Source: Scyliorhinus canicula (taxonomy: Eukaryota). Taken from it: a stretch of 64,000 nucleotides of DNA. Position 1 is the first letter of the stretch; the number at the start of each line of letters is the position of its first letter. Below, in pieces: positions 13,111 through 26,180 of the stretch. The stretch lies in assembly GCF_902713615.1 (NCBI RefSeq), contig NC_052157.1:10154566-10218565 (forward strand), in the 5' to 3' direction. A model generated the notes under the pieces. It had not been told where the DNA came from, searched no databases, and saw only the letters and a program-made list of their open reading frames with translations. The position numbers and the translations under genes are program-made.

Positions 13111-14417
13111 AAGTACAGAAATGCAAAAAATGCTGGAAATATACAGCCAGCATTACAAAGATAATGCAAATTACTTTTTGGGACCCTTCAACAGAAGTCT
13201 CAGAAAATTATTTTGTTTTCATTCCCTTTCATTGATTTTTCACCTTACTCATACTGTTATATCCAAAAGGTAATGCATTCATTCTATTGTATATTTGCTA
13301 AAAGCATGTTACAACTTAATGAACACAAACTCAGTTTGCAACTTGAGTAGGAAGTGCTAGGAGATATTGATTTTAGTATAGTTGACCAGTATAGTTTTGA
13401 ATTGCAGAGCACAATTCAGCACCATATGCCTGCAATGCTGCTAATTCAGGAGATGTCTACACTAATTCCATTTCTCTGCCATTTCCCCATGCTATTAATT
13501 TCCAAATACTTATCCAATTTAAATGATGTGTTTTTTTTCTGCAATATCCTCTTGTGGGAAAGGATCCCATGCTCTAAATGCATTCTCTGCAAATGCCCTC
13601 CAAGTTGCCCCTTCATTCTTTCACTGGGCATCTTGGTTTTACCAGTTTACCTTTTACAATTTATTCTTTCAAAACCTTGCAGGATTGAGAAGGCCTTCTG
13701 GCTGGTTATCCCTAGTGTCCTCATGTGATTTTCCTTGACTTAAATAATGTTTGCTGGACTGTGACATAGCCTTTAACCTGCCAAACAAATTAATTGAGCA
13801 CTGGAAGAAATAAGTAAATGCCGGCAGAATTATTAAGCTTGACTGTTTACTTGAGAAACTAGAAGATAATAAATAGTCATAGCTACTACACTAAATTAAA
13901 ATGTAATTTTTGCTTAGCAGTTTTTTATGCCCCACACCTGAAGCAGTCTGGCCTATCCATCTCTCAAAGGCAGGCTGATAAAGTACTTTCAAAAAGCCAT
14001 TGGGGCTGAACAAATTTAAGTAACTTAAATTGAAATGTTGTATTTGAATCGAATGGTCTCGTTCTTCCATCAGTGTGTCGGAGCTAAATCTGCTACGATC
14101 TGTAACATTTGTATTAAATAAATTGGAACCTAGTTTTCTGTGAGGGGAGCTGCTTTTAATCCGTATGTGCCATGCCAGACAATACTGTGCCAAAGATAGT
14201 CTTCAACTTCCTAGAGGACAACAAAACCTTGGCATTAAATTGCCGAAATCGTGACAGTCTCAGGTTACCCAGATGGCTGATGAGGAATGATCACTTCTGG
14301 ATTTGGGCAATAAATAAAATGATCTTGACCCTTAACTTGTGCCATGCCCGTATTCGTACTTAAAGCTGACAAAACAAACCCTATGGCATCTTGTTGCTCG
14401 TCATTGATTTTTTAAAA

Positions 14418-14724
14418 AATAATCTTTATTGTCACAAGTAGGCTTGCATTAACACTGCCATAAGTTGCTGTGAAAAGCCCCTGGTCGCCACATTCCAGCG
14501 CCTGTTCGGGTAAACGGAGGGAGAATTCAGAATGTCCAAATTACCTAACAGCACGTCTTTCGGGACTTGTGGGAGGAAACCAGACGGAGCACCCAGAGGA
14601 AACCCACACAGACACAGTGAGAACGTGAAGTCTCTGCACAGGCAGTGACCCAAGCTGGGAATCGAACCTGGGACCCTGGCGCTGTGAAGCAACAGTGCTA
14701 ACCACTGTGCTACCGTGCTTGCCC
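14418..14724 (-). mobile_element. V-SINE with type C tail
   Basis: tRNA head and V-domain, then tail ending aagcctacttgtgacaataaagattatt on the minus strand. Confidence 0.88.
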
Positions 14725-14831
14725 ATTTCTCCTTCCCCTTTGGAAGCACCCTACAAAAACATTATTTGCAAGACACTAAGTTAATTGAAGGATTCTGGTG
14801 ATATCAACAGTAATAATTGTATAAAAACCCT

Positions 14832-15130
14832 GGGTAGTGCATGGTACAACAGTACAGTGGTTAGCACAGTTGCTTCACAGCTCCAGGGTTCCAGGTTCTA
14901 TTCCCGGATTGGGTCACTTTGTGTGGAGTCTGCACGTTCTCCTCGTGTCTGCGTGGATTTCCTTCAGCTGCTCCGGTTTCCTCCCACTGTCCAAAGATGT
15001 GCGGGTTAGGCGGATTGGCCATGCTAAATTGCCCTTGGTGTCCAAAAAAGGTTGGGTGGGGTTACTGGATTACTGGGATAGGGTGAAGGTGTGGCCTCTT
15101 TCTGCACTGTAAATTCTATGAATTCTATGA
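14832..15130 (+). mobile_element. Type A V-SINE
   Basis: Head, V-domain, tail ctgcactgtaaattctatga. Confidence 0.88.
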
Positions 15131-15582
15131 TTTCAGCATTGAAATTGTTGTACTATGCTAGTTAATAATACATTCCATGTGCTTCAATTTTGTAAGGATC
15201 ATTTTGGGTTTTTGCCCTCTTTTGTGCTTCTTGTGACTATCTATGTAACTGGCAAGTCCACCGCTCATTTATGTGATGTTGCAGTCCCTGATCCTTTAAT
15301 GGAAACTGCTATTCTAAAAACATTATAGGAATATGATCTGACATTAATTATGGTTTGGTACTGGAATTTCAACAACAAGAAGTGCTTGAAAAAATGTTCC
15401 CACTTTTTTATTAGAAATGTGGAACATCCAGTAGTATATAAAATGCTGTAATTCTAAAGTCAGATTATTAGCCGAGAGACCTTGAATTGTGCAATACATG
15501 GATATAGCATAAATTCTACCACTCATGGGTTTGGACGCAAGTTGAATCGGTCATTTATTTTTCTTTTCTTTTTTTTTGTTCT

Positions 15583-15808
15583 TTTAATAAAAGTAATAAA
15601 AAAAAGTATCCATTTTTTTTCCAATTAAGGGGCAATTTAGCATGGCCAATCCACCTAACCTGCACATCTTTGGCTTGTGGAGGTGAAACCCATGCAGAAA
15701 CGGGGAGAATGTGCAAGCTTGACACGGGACAGTGACCCAGGGCCGGGATCGAACTGGGTCCTCAGCGCCGTAGGCAGCAATGCTAACCACTGCGCCACCG
15801 TGCTGCCC
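15583..15808 (-). mobile_element. Type B V-SINE
   Basis: Head gggcagcacggtggcgcagtggttagc on the minus strand; A/T-rich tail. Confidence 0.88.
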
Positions 15809-16192
15809 TTGTTGAAGCATTCATTGAAGAGAATACCAAAAGAAATATGCAGTACAGTATTGCATTTTTGCTATAGTATTATGGCGCCAATGTTTTAAAC
15901 CCGTTTATCACATGGGAGGTGCAGAGGGGAAGCAGATGAAGATGAATTGTCTAATCTAAGAGGAAAGGTAATTGCAAATGCAAATAATAATGAACATGTA
16001 GCCAATAAATTGATGTGCCATTTGTTATTACTCATTATTCTACTGGTTAGATATTATTCCACTGAGATTAGAGCAGTTCATTGAACTAACTAATTTCATC
16101 ATATGTTTAATTTGTTTCAATCACACTCCCAAACTATATCCAGATTTAAGAAGTGTAAGTTGTAAACTCAAGATTTATTTTTCTCCCTAAAG

Positions 16193-16277
16193 CTTCAGAT
16201 AATGGTCAGCGGTTTCAGGAGACTTGCTTCGCATTCGCATTGACACCTCAGCAAGTTCAACAGATTAGCAACTCGAT
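16193..16277 (+). CDS. PIAS1: PIAS1 coding exon (equivalent to human exon 3), 85 nt, (A)SDNGQRFQETCFAFALTPQQVQQISNS(M); start of PINIT domain
   Basis: Manual translation matches PIAS1 ASDNSQRFRETCFAFALTPQQVQQISSSM; acceptor ttttctccctaaag, donor gtaagt; phase 1 in, phase 2 out. Confidence 0.96.
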
Positions 16278-16424
16278 GTAAGTAGTTGGCTATCTTTCTG
16301 CTTTGCGTAGATTGGTTTTAACTGATTTATGTGGCTCAAGCAAGGATGTTATAGTTTTATGTATGCAGTTCAAAACTCAAATATCTGATTTGCCCAATAA
16401 CTGCTCAGTACTGATAATTCCTTA

Positions 16425-16650
16425 CATAAACAGAAAATACGGGACAATCTCAGCAGGTTTTACAGCATCTCTGGAGACAGAAGGGGGCTAACGTTTCGTC
16501 CGGATGATGCTTTGTCAGACAGTCATCAAAACATCAGCCACCTTCTCTCTCCATAGAGAGAGAACTCCATAGATGCTGTCAGGCCTGCTTAGATTGTCTA
16601 ATATTTTCTGTTTCAGATTCCAGCACCTGCAGTAATTTGCTTTATACTAA
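16425..16650. repeat. Imperfect palindrome of the Penelope-terminal-repeat-like family; related copies at about 9770-9900, 33780-33890, 50240-50360, 54035-54560 and 56050-56190
   Basis: cagaaaatacgggacaatctcagcagg...cagcatctctggag mirrored by ctccatagatgctgtcaggcctgcttagattgtctaatattttctg. Confidence 0.7.
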
Positions 16651-17991
16651 TCTCTTGTTCTGGGTCTACGTTTGGCCTCTGTACTCTAGGAAAGAGGAGA
16701 GAAATCATTATTACTCGAAATTCAATTGACAAAAGATTTAAGTAAAATACTTAGTAATTTGATTTAAATTGTTTCAATGCATTTGCATTAGTTGACCTAT
16801 TTGAGAATTAGAATATAATTGATGAAATGTTATGCCATGGTACAATCCGCTGATAAAAACCACCACAACAGCACTTCCCAACATGCACGACCGCAATGAA
16901 CACCTAAAAACAAAATGCCATTGCGCCAATTAATCTGCTCTGTGATTTTTGTCAGCCATGGCACCTCCTTTTAATCCCAATTTCCTGTCATCCTCCTGTA
17001 TCCCTTAATACCAATTTATATCTCCCCTTTGAATGCCTGTTGATTTTTGCATCCATAAGTCTCTAGGACAGTGACTCCATGTTTTTGCAGCCTTTTGCGT
17101 GAATATAGTTTTTTCTGGATTTGCTTTGAACCAGTTTACCTTGGTTTCTATTCTTGTGCTTCTTTGTTCTAGACAGGATGATTCACTCTCTGTCTTGTTA
17201 TTTTAAACACTCCAATGTTTCAAGCTTATAATCTCCAGGCAATTTAACCACAGTTTATCCACACGCTGCTCTACACTTTATCCAGGTATTAACCCGGTGA
17301 ATCATCACTGGTCTTTCTCCAAGACCTTTATGTTCTTCAATGATGGGTTATCTAGAGCAGTTGAGCCTGGACCATCACCGTATAACAGCAGTAGTACATC
17401 CTTACTTTATATTTAAGATAAAGGGCAAAGCTGTCTCTACATATTACAAAAATGCTGGTCAGTTGAGCATGATTTCAAGATGTAATTTCATCTTGGGGTT
17501 TACAGTATTTTCTGAACTGCTCCGGTGTTGCCTTGAATTCTGCTTTCCCACTCCCAGGCATTTCCAACTCTCTGTAACACTGCCAGCCAGCTGTCCCTTA
17601 TCGCAAATTTTGAGCACCAGTAAGTAATTATTAGCTATTCATATCATCAATTTTCCACCTCCTCGGCTGATGATTATAGTTTCAGGGATCCAAGGAAAGC
17701 TGTTGATTGAAATTTTCTGATACTGAATTAGAGATGAATGCTGTTCTTCAATTTGTATGTTACTACTCATTTCAATCCCAGTATAAATTTAATAAAAGAG
17801 ATGGGAGTTATTTCTGGTTGTATTGCCATCGTTTTAATAGCTCTGTAAAAATTGGTTTGGATTACAATTTTTGGACCATTGAGAAGCAAATTGTATGAAT
17901 TACTCTATTTCACCCATGCAGGATATTTTTAACTGTACGGTACAATTTCCTCTACAAATATAAATGTGAAAAATGTTTCCATTTTATTTAG

Positions 17992-18039
17992 GGACATATC
18001 TGGGACCAAATGTGACTTCACAGTTCAGGTTCAGTTAAG
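17992..18039 (+). CDS. PIAS1: PIAS1 coding exon (exon 4), 48 nt, (M)DISGTKCDFTVQVQL(R)
   Basis: Peptide identical to PIAS1 as I recall it; acceptor ttttatttag, donor gtaaat. Confidence 0.96.
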
Positions 18040-19409
18040 GTAAATTCATATGGTTTTGGTTTGTCTTCATTTGCTGTTCTGTTCACTGCTCCTCCACCCT
18101 CTTCCTTTCTCTCTCTGAGGCAATTTTTGTTTAGGGAGGTGCACAGTATCAACAACGTGCAGAAATATGATTTTATTAGGTGAAGCTGGTGCGTTAATTC
18201 TGCAATAACCTTACTTTTTGAGAAAAGTGTAAGATAGCGATGCCTGAAAAATATCTTTTTGAACCTGGTTTTTATTCTTTGATTTTTAAGTAAGAAAGAA
18301 ATTAGTATTCTAAAACATTTGATTGCATGAATGTCGGCACCCATTGCTACGGTCAGTTAGTGTTAGCAGTGTGCAAGAAATTACCTGCGTAGTTTTGTTC
18401 GTGACTTAGGCTGAAGTGGTATGGGGCTCGATCCTTTGCATATGTGACTTGTGAACTAGTTCAATCAGCCCAGTGCAGAAATGCTCTGCTGCTTCTAAAA
18501 GAAACTGAATGCAAGCTGGGATCTCTTGCCAGTGGGAAGCCCATTTATTAGCAGTTGCTTTGGTAGTGCTGTGGGAAGATTTAATGATGGTCACGTTGCT
18601 ATCCCCAGACTTGTAATACATTACGTGGAAGGTATCCTCTTGTAAGTCACACCTTTTTGAAACTCTGTTTCTCCTTGAAATCTTTTCATCTGTGTATACC
18701 GCACTTCTATTGTAAATGTGGTGAGACCGTAGGCTCCTGGACAACCTAATAATTAAAAACACTACCCGATGTCACATTAGAACCATACAAACTGTATGGT
18801 TCCCGTTCCAATTCCCAGTCTGTACTGAGTTTGTCATAGTGATTCTCAACTGGGAAGCTACAGTTGCGATAGCTTCTGGGTTACGAAGGGAATTAACACA
18901 CCTGATTCTGATCCAGTCTTTATAATAAGAGATATCAGGTTACGAAACACTATGTCCAGTTGCGACCTTGGTGTGAATGACCTGTTGTCACTAGGTTTAC
19001 ACATCAAGAATGAATTCTTGTGCTGCTTGTACCTCATAATTCAAGCCACAGCCTTTGGAAGATGGTGAGGAAGTGCAAAGAGAATAACAGTGAGAATAGA
19101 AACATTTTCTACATATCTTTATTGCATCAGCCTAGTCCTGGAATATGGATTGTATTACAGTATGTTACATATGTTTTCAAAGCTATTTGGTACACTTCGC
19201 TCACACGCTGGTATAAAAGTTGCAAAGTTTATCGCTCTTTGCTGTAGAATGAGTGAGTGACATGTATTAGAAACTTTAATGGATTAAGAGAGCTAATCAT
19301 ATTAAGAAGCTGTACATATTGAGGTGCTGAGTGTTGGGACTCGACCTCCTACTCAAACAATCATAGAATTCTCAGTATAGTCAGACAAGTATTTGTAACA
19401 ATTGGAGGT

Positions 19410-20035
19410 CAACTTTTTAAAAATGTGTTCATGTGATGTGGGCATCGTTGGTTAGGCCAGCGTTTATTGCCCATCCCTAGTTGCTTGCCCTTCAAAAGGT
19501 GGTGGTGAGTTGCCTTCTTGAACTGCTGCAGTCCTTGAGGTATAGGTACACCCACTGCTGTTAAGGAGTTCCAGGATGTTGCCCCAGAGACAAGTGAAGG
19601 AACAGCGATATATTTCCAAGTCTGGGTGGTGAGTGACTTGAAGGGGAACTTCCAGGTGGTGGGGTTCGCAGGTATCTGCTGCTTTTGTCCTTCTAAATGG
19701 TGGTGGTCTTGGGTTTGGAAGGTGTTGCCTCGGCACCTTGGTGAATTACTGCAGTGCATCTTGTAGATGGTACACACGGCTGCCACTGTTCGTCGGTGAT
19801 GGTGGTTTGAATGTTTGTGGAAGGAGGGGCAATCCAGCGGGCTACTTTGTCCTGGATGGTGTCGAGCTTCTTGAGTTGTTGAAGCTGCACTCATCTAGGC
19901 AAGTGGAGAGTATTCCATTACACTCCTGATTTGTGCCTTATAGATGGTGGACAGGCTTTTGGGGGGGGGGGGGTCGGGTCGGGTCAAGAGGTGAGTTACT
20001 CGCCGTAGGATCCTAGCTTTTGACCTGCCCTGTTA
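19410..20035 (-). mobile_element. 3' part of the second LINE family
   Basis: Reverse complement similar to 3150-3785; ORFs 19409..19894 and 19693..19890 (LKKLDTIQDKVAR). Confidence 0.85.
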
Positions 20036-20208
20036 GCTCCAGACTTACTGGAGATCGTTTGAGGTTTGTGCTGGATCGTTTGAAGTTTGTGCTGGATCCG
20101 TCCGACGTATGGAGCGGGTCATTGTAATGGGTCATTTGACGTTTGGAGTGGGGCTTTGTAATGGGTCATTTGATGATTGTAATGGATCATTTTTTTTTCA
20201 TTTTCAAG

Positions 20209-20299
20209 GTTTTGTTTATCAGAAACGAGTTGTCCACAGGAAGATCATTTCCCCCCAAATCTGTGTGTGAAAGTAAATGGAAAAACTTGTAACCTTCCA
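20209..20299 (+). CDS. PIAS1: PIAS1 coding exon (exon 5), 91 nt, (R)[30 protein letters not shown]
   Basis: PINIT-domain peptide; acceptor tttcattttcaag, donor gtaagt. Confidence 0.97.
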
Positions 20300-20383
20300 G
20301 TAAGTACTAAAGTAATTGATCTTCCAGAATTTTTTTAGTTCATTCTTTAAGGAAAATTAAGTAACTTTTTGATTTTATCCTAG

Positions 20384-20518
20384 GGCTATCTACCACCAAC
20401 CAAAAATGGTGTTGAACCAAAGCGACCTAGCCGACCAATCAATATTACCTCACTAGTCAGATTGTCCACGACGGTGCCAAACACTATTGTGGTTTCATGG
20501 TCGGCAGAAATCGGAAGA
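20384..20518 (+). CDS. PIAS1: PIAS1 coding exon (exon 6), 135 nt, GYLPPTKNGVEPKRPSRPINITSLVRLSTTVPNTIVVSWSAEIGR (contains the PINIT motif)
   Basis: Literal PINIT motif; acceptor ttttatcctag, donor gtaagc. Confidence 0.98.
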
Positions 20519-20679
20519 GTAAGCTTTTCTTCATCTTCAAGTAATGAATTGAAACAGCACAACACATTACCGCTCAGGCATCTGGTTTTTGAAATTTAGT
20601 TCTGTTTAACTAAAATGAACCTGGTGCTCAGTCTTTTTCCAACATGCCCATTTGTATTAAAACTTACAGCTTACATTAT

Positions 20680-22100
20680 TGTTCAAAGATTTCCAGAAGG
20701 CATCCGATAAAGTGCCACATCAAGTTTATTATGTAAAATGAAAGCTCATGTTGTGGGAATAACGTATTGCGTGATTAAGATTGATCGGCTAACAGGAAGC
20801 AGAGAGTAGGTGTAAATGGGTATTTGTTTAGGTTGGCAAGTGGTTTGCCGCAGGGGTCGTGCTGTGACCTCAGCTGTTTACATTTCATATAATGTTTCGG
20901 ATAAAGTGTTGGATGGAGTGGTTGCCAACTTTGCTGATAGATAGTAAAGTAAGTTGTGAAGAGGATATGAGACTTCAAAAAGGTATAGGTAAGTGATGGG
21001 CAAGGATGTGGCAAATTGATGAAAATGTGAGAAGAATAACAAAAGAAACATCATGGTGACAGATTGCAGAGCAGTGCAGTGGGATCTGGGTGTCTTAGTG
21101 CATGTATCACAAAAGGTTAGTATGCAGATACAGCAAGCAATTAGGAATGCTAATAGAATGTTATTTATTGCAAGGGGAATTGAATACGAAAGTAGGGAAG
21201 TTATGCTTCAGTTATTTGGAGCACTAGTGAGACCACATCTGGAGTACTGTGCATCGTGTTGGTCACGTTGGGCAGCACGGTAGCACAATGGTTAGCACTG
21301 TCGCTTCACCGCTCCAGAGTCCCAGGTTCGATTCCCGGCTTGGGTCACTGTCTGTGCGGAGTCTGCATGTTCTCCCCATGTCTGCGTGGGTTTCCACCGG
21401 GTGCTCTGGTTTTCCTCCCACAGTCCAAAGACGTGCAGGTTAGATGGATTGGCCATGCTAAATTGCCCTTAATGCTCAAAGGGGTTGGTGGGGTTGCTAG
21501 GTTATGGTATGTGGTGGAGGTGTGGGCTTGAGTGGGGTGCCCTTTCCAAGGACCGATGCAGACTTGATGGGCGAATGGCCTCCTGCACTGTAAATTCTGT
21601 GCCTATGTCTATTTAAGGTAAGATGTAAATGCTTTGGACCCATTTCAGAGAAGGTTTACCAGACTAAGATCTGGAATGGGTGGGTTGCCTTTTGAGGAAA
21701 TGTTGGAAAGGTTCCATTTGCTGCAGTTTAGAAGAATAAAACGTGACTTGCCTGAAGCATACAAGATCCTGAGGGGTCTTGACAGGGTGGTTGTGGAGAG
21801 AACATTTCCTCTTGTGGGAGAATCTAGAACTGGAGTCACTGTTTAAAAATAAGCGGGTGCCCAGTTAGAATGCAGATGAGGAGCAATCTTTACTCTGAGG
21901 GTCGTGAGTCTTTGGAACTTTGAGAAGCTGGTGGAAGCGGAATCTTTGAACATTTTTAAGGCAGAGGTGGATAAATTCTTGATAAGCAAGGTGGTGGTAG
22001 GTTATCGGGGGTAGGTGGGATGGAGATTTGAGGTTGCTATCAGATCAACCATGGTATTATTACATGGCAGATTCTTGTTCCTTGTCTGTATGTATGTATG
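20680..22100 (+). mobile_element. Decayed CR1 LINE with a type A V-SINE inserted at about 21270-21608
   Basis: DFQKA.DKVPH and LVRPHLEYC remnants resume after the SINE. Confidence 0.85.
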
Positions 22101-22869
22101 TAAAATATCAACAAAGCTCAATGAATAAATTTTCCGTACTATTTCCACCGGATAATACCAAAAACATGTAGTAATGGAATTTAACAATTTTACTTGCATT
22201 TTGATCTTTATAACTAGTGGTTGTTTATTTGCCACTTCTTATGGCAGGAATTTGAGATGTTAATGGAGAGCACCACAAAATAAGTGTTACTGGCTGAAGT
22301 ATGACTTATGTTCCTACACACTAGTGAAAAATACTGTCCAAAATGTTTATCTAAGTTTCAGGGCACCAGGTATCCTTGCTGTAGAGAGAAAACTGGCCCA
22401 AAATGCAGGAAAAACATGACCCAATAGGCACACAGGTGCTATTTCATAATATTGGTTTGTTCAAGGGGAAGCAGGATGTGAAAGCTCTCCAAAGATTGTG
22501 AGCTCCCCATTAGCCCATTTTGTAATTACATTGTCCAGTATGGAAATAAACCAGGAAAACCGTGGATGGGGCTCCAACTTCGATTGCCAGTATGTGCTGA
22601 GTATGCTTCTTTCAGCCAGAGCAGCAGTTGGGCATTAGGTTTGACCTGGGGCCAAGGAACAAAAGAATCCATCTGAGATATCATTCCTAATTGCTATCCA
22701 GTGTCGTATTAAAAATGTGGGAGCAACAAGTGAATATCAGAACTGTATCAAGGTGCAAGCATGGAGTATTTAATTGAGGCACCAGAGGAACCTTGCTTGA
22801 GCCAGGACCTACGGAAAGGTGGGAGAGGAATGTTCCTTCAGTAAAAGGATAATTATTGCTTGTTGATTA

Positions 22870-23730
22870 CAGTTATCTGCAGGGGGATATAGATGGTTTC
22901 GAGTGGGCAAGGGTCTGGCAGATGAAGTACAATGTTGGTAAATGTGAGGTCATTCTTTTTGGTAGATATAACAGCAAAATGGACTATTATCTAAATGGTA
23001 AAAAATTGCAGCATGTTGTTGTGCAGAGGGACCTGGGTGTCCTTGTACATGAATAACAAAAAGTTGGTTTGCAGGTGTGGCAGGTAATTAAGAAGGCAAA
23101 TAGAATTTTGTCCTTCATTGCTAGAGGGATGGAGTTTTTAAAAACTGGAAGATTATGTTGCATCTGTATAGGGTGCTGGTGAGGCCACACCTGGAATGCT
23201 GTGTACCTTTTTGGTCTCCTTACTTGAGAAAGGATGTACTGGCATTGGAGGGGGTGCACTAGGATGATTCCGGAATTGAGGATTGGCTTATGAGGAGAGA
23301 CTGAGTAGACTGGCATAATACTCATTGGAATTTAGAAGAATGAGGGAGGATCTTCTAAAAACATAAAATTATGAAGGGAATAGATAAGATAGAAGCAGGG
23401 AGGTTGTTTCCACTGGTGGGTGAAACGAGAACTAGGGGGAATAGCTCAAATTAAGGGGAGTAGAATTGGAACGGAGTTGAGGAGGAACTTCTGCACCCAA
23501 AGGGTTGTGAATCTGTGGAATTCCCTGCCCAGTGAAGCAGTTGGGGATACCTCATTGAATGTTTTTAAGGCAACGATAGATTTTTGAACAGTAAAGGAAT
23601 TAAAGGTTACAGTGCGCGAGCGGGTAAGTGGAGCTGAGTTCACAAAAAGACCAGCCATGGTCTTATCGAATGGCGGAGCAGGCTTCGAGGGGCCAAATGG
23701 CCTACTCCTGCTCCATGTTCTTATGTATAT
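22870..23730 (+). mobile_element. CR1 LINE 3' fragment, same subfamily as 58605-60625
   Basis: EWARVWQMKYNVGKCEV; 3' tail ggccaaatggcctactcctgctcc. Confidence 0.9.
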
Positions 23731-25619
23731 AAACATCTGTGATAGTAAACATGGTACCCTAAAGATGGAGTTTGAACTCCTTGCAAAAATTGCAAGTTGA
23801 ACCCAATCTAACTGGTGACGTGGAAATGCTAAGTGGAGGTCAGGCGTTATTCCTGAAGTAACGACTAACCAAGTTTTTGGTGCTGTTCCTTATCCCTGAG
23901 AGCCATGTGGCAAATGACTGCAGCCCTAGGTCTCGTGCATTTGTTGTTAAAGGGAAAGGTGCACAAACTTTTTTAAAAAGAGTATAGGTGGAAATGAAGT
24001 GGAGGGAAAATAATTACAATGTGAGCAAAACGTTCTGTAGCACAAAATGAATACAATTACTGAATGGAATCCCAAAGGAAAGTCTTTTGGCAAATGCCAT
24101 TCTATGCTCTGTATTCACCTCCCTGGGTTGACATATTTCTTGAAATCCTGTGCTTATTCTGTTGAGGCCTCTAGCCTGATATGTGTCTGAAGCTAGGCAT
24201 GAAGTATGCCCTGAACACTGTGTGCCTTGGAAATGGAAAATATAGCATTTCAGTTTCAAATTGAAGGGACGTGGTTGCAGAGAACTTTGGTGATAATGTG
24301 GTGTAGCACATTTACTCAGCAGTGAAAGCCATGAGCGGATTGATTTGTTTAATCTTTTTGTTCATGGTTTGATGTAAGAACGCAAGTCTGATACTTTGCA
24401 ACTCAGCGCCGGCTTGTTATTCTCGGATAGTAGCATTGTTGACAGATATGGTGGTAAGAGTTTATGGCATGGCTTCAACTGGTTTGAATTTGTGACAGAA
24501 AATGAACTTTGATTGCTTAACTGTAGCTTTTATCATAACTATGTGCGGCAAATTTCAGTCAAGTAAGATCAAAAGTTGTCTTTGATCATCCCTGCTATGG
24601 TGTTTTGACTAAGCCTTGTACTGCAGGTATTAGTATGTTTTGCTAAATGCAATATAAACTAGTTCTTGGAGAAAACTGATGTAATCTGAGAATCGACAAT
24701 TTGGACACTGCTTGTGCATGTGAGATTCAGATAAAATAATTTCAAAGTTGATTGGTTAAGTAATGGGACAACAAACTGCCCTTAATCAATTGCGCCATAT
24801 CTCACTTGGTATATGTTTAGGATCTTCGGGAAGGCAAAAGTCCTCATCCCCTTTATTACATATTAGATTCAAAACATTTTTTTGTTAAATACCTAATCAG
24901 TAAGTGCATATTTTGGTCATGGGCCTGTAGTTTCCTGCCTTGTCTCTACAGCCTTTCTTAAATAGTGGGACCACATTCAACAACGAAGTACTGCATTTCT
25001 GTTTGAATAAGTTCATGTGATTTGATGTAAACGTTTGAGGCACCGTACAGCAATTATGCCGATAATACAATTATCTGGCCTGAGATATGTATATCCCGTT
25101 TGCATCTAACTGTACTTTGCCATTGAAACAATTTGGTCATGCAGAATTCTTTGTATTTGCAAGCAAATGCCCTTTATGGAGTGTAGACACAATTTATTTT
25201 GGAAGTATGCTTATTTCTACTTCAAATCTTGGATTTACAAGCTGCAATCCATACATGCTACGAGACCTTGGAGGGGTGTGGGGGGGTGGAGTGGAGAGGG
25301 GATATGCAATATAATTTCCTGTCGCTCTGAAGCTCGGCATACGTCTCCAGAATTTCTTGCATTCTGTAATTACTGCCAGATCTGCATCCCCAACATTTTG
25401 CCTTTTGGTAGTTTAGAAGTCTGGGTAATGGGCCTATCAGTATGTCACTATTTGAAAGGCACCCCCCCCCCCCAAACCACCACCACACACTGGGAAAGTA
25501 TGGGGCCACTGCTGCAGTTCAGAAATGTCTTAACCAAAAGCTAATCAGTACATTTGAACTGCATTTAATATCATTTGAAGTAGGCTTGTAATGATGTTTC
25601 AAGTTGGTTTTGACTATTC

Positions 25620-26180
25620 AGAGCTAAAGAGAGAGCGAGATATGTTGGATTATGTACTGTATTAAAGGGAGTGGAACAGAGTAGTAGGTTAGTGATTAGT
25701 GGGAGCGAGGAGAGATTGGACAAAGATATAGAAAAAACTTAAGAACGGGTGTGACAGATGGACTGATGGGGAGGAGAGTTTTGCATTGGGACAAAAAAAT
25801 GTTTGGGATATATATTAAAAAAGGTTAATATGGAGGAGAAAGGTTACAGTCTGAAGATGTTGGCAATGTTGTTGAGTCCTGGGCCTGTAATGTGGCTAAT
25901 CGGAAGATGATATGCTGCTCCTTCCTTTTTGCGTTGGGCTTCACTGGAGCATTGCAGCAGGCTAAGGACAGACATGTGGACGCGAGAGCAAGCTGCTGGG
26001 TTGAAATGGCAGCGACCGGAACATTAGTCATGCTTACGGGCCCGACGAAGGTGTTCCGCAAAGCTGGATGCCTAGTCTGCGTTTCGTCTCCCCAATGTAG
26101 AGGAGAATCGAGAGCATTAGAAGCAGTGAATACAGTAGACCAAATTGAAGAGGTGCAAGTGAAATGTTGCTTCACTTGAA
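25620..26180 (-). mobile_element. Penelope-like element fragment (GIY-YIG endonuclease C-terminal region)
   Basis: Minus-strand FQVKQHFTCTSS...(Y)IGET...KEQHIIFRLATLQ with frameshifts, typical of PLE GIY-YIG domains. Confidence 0.8.
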
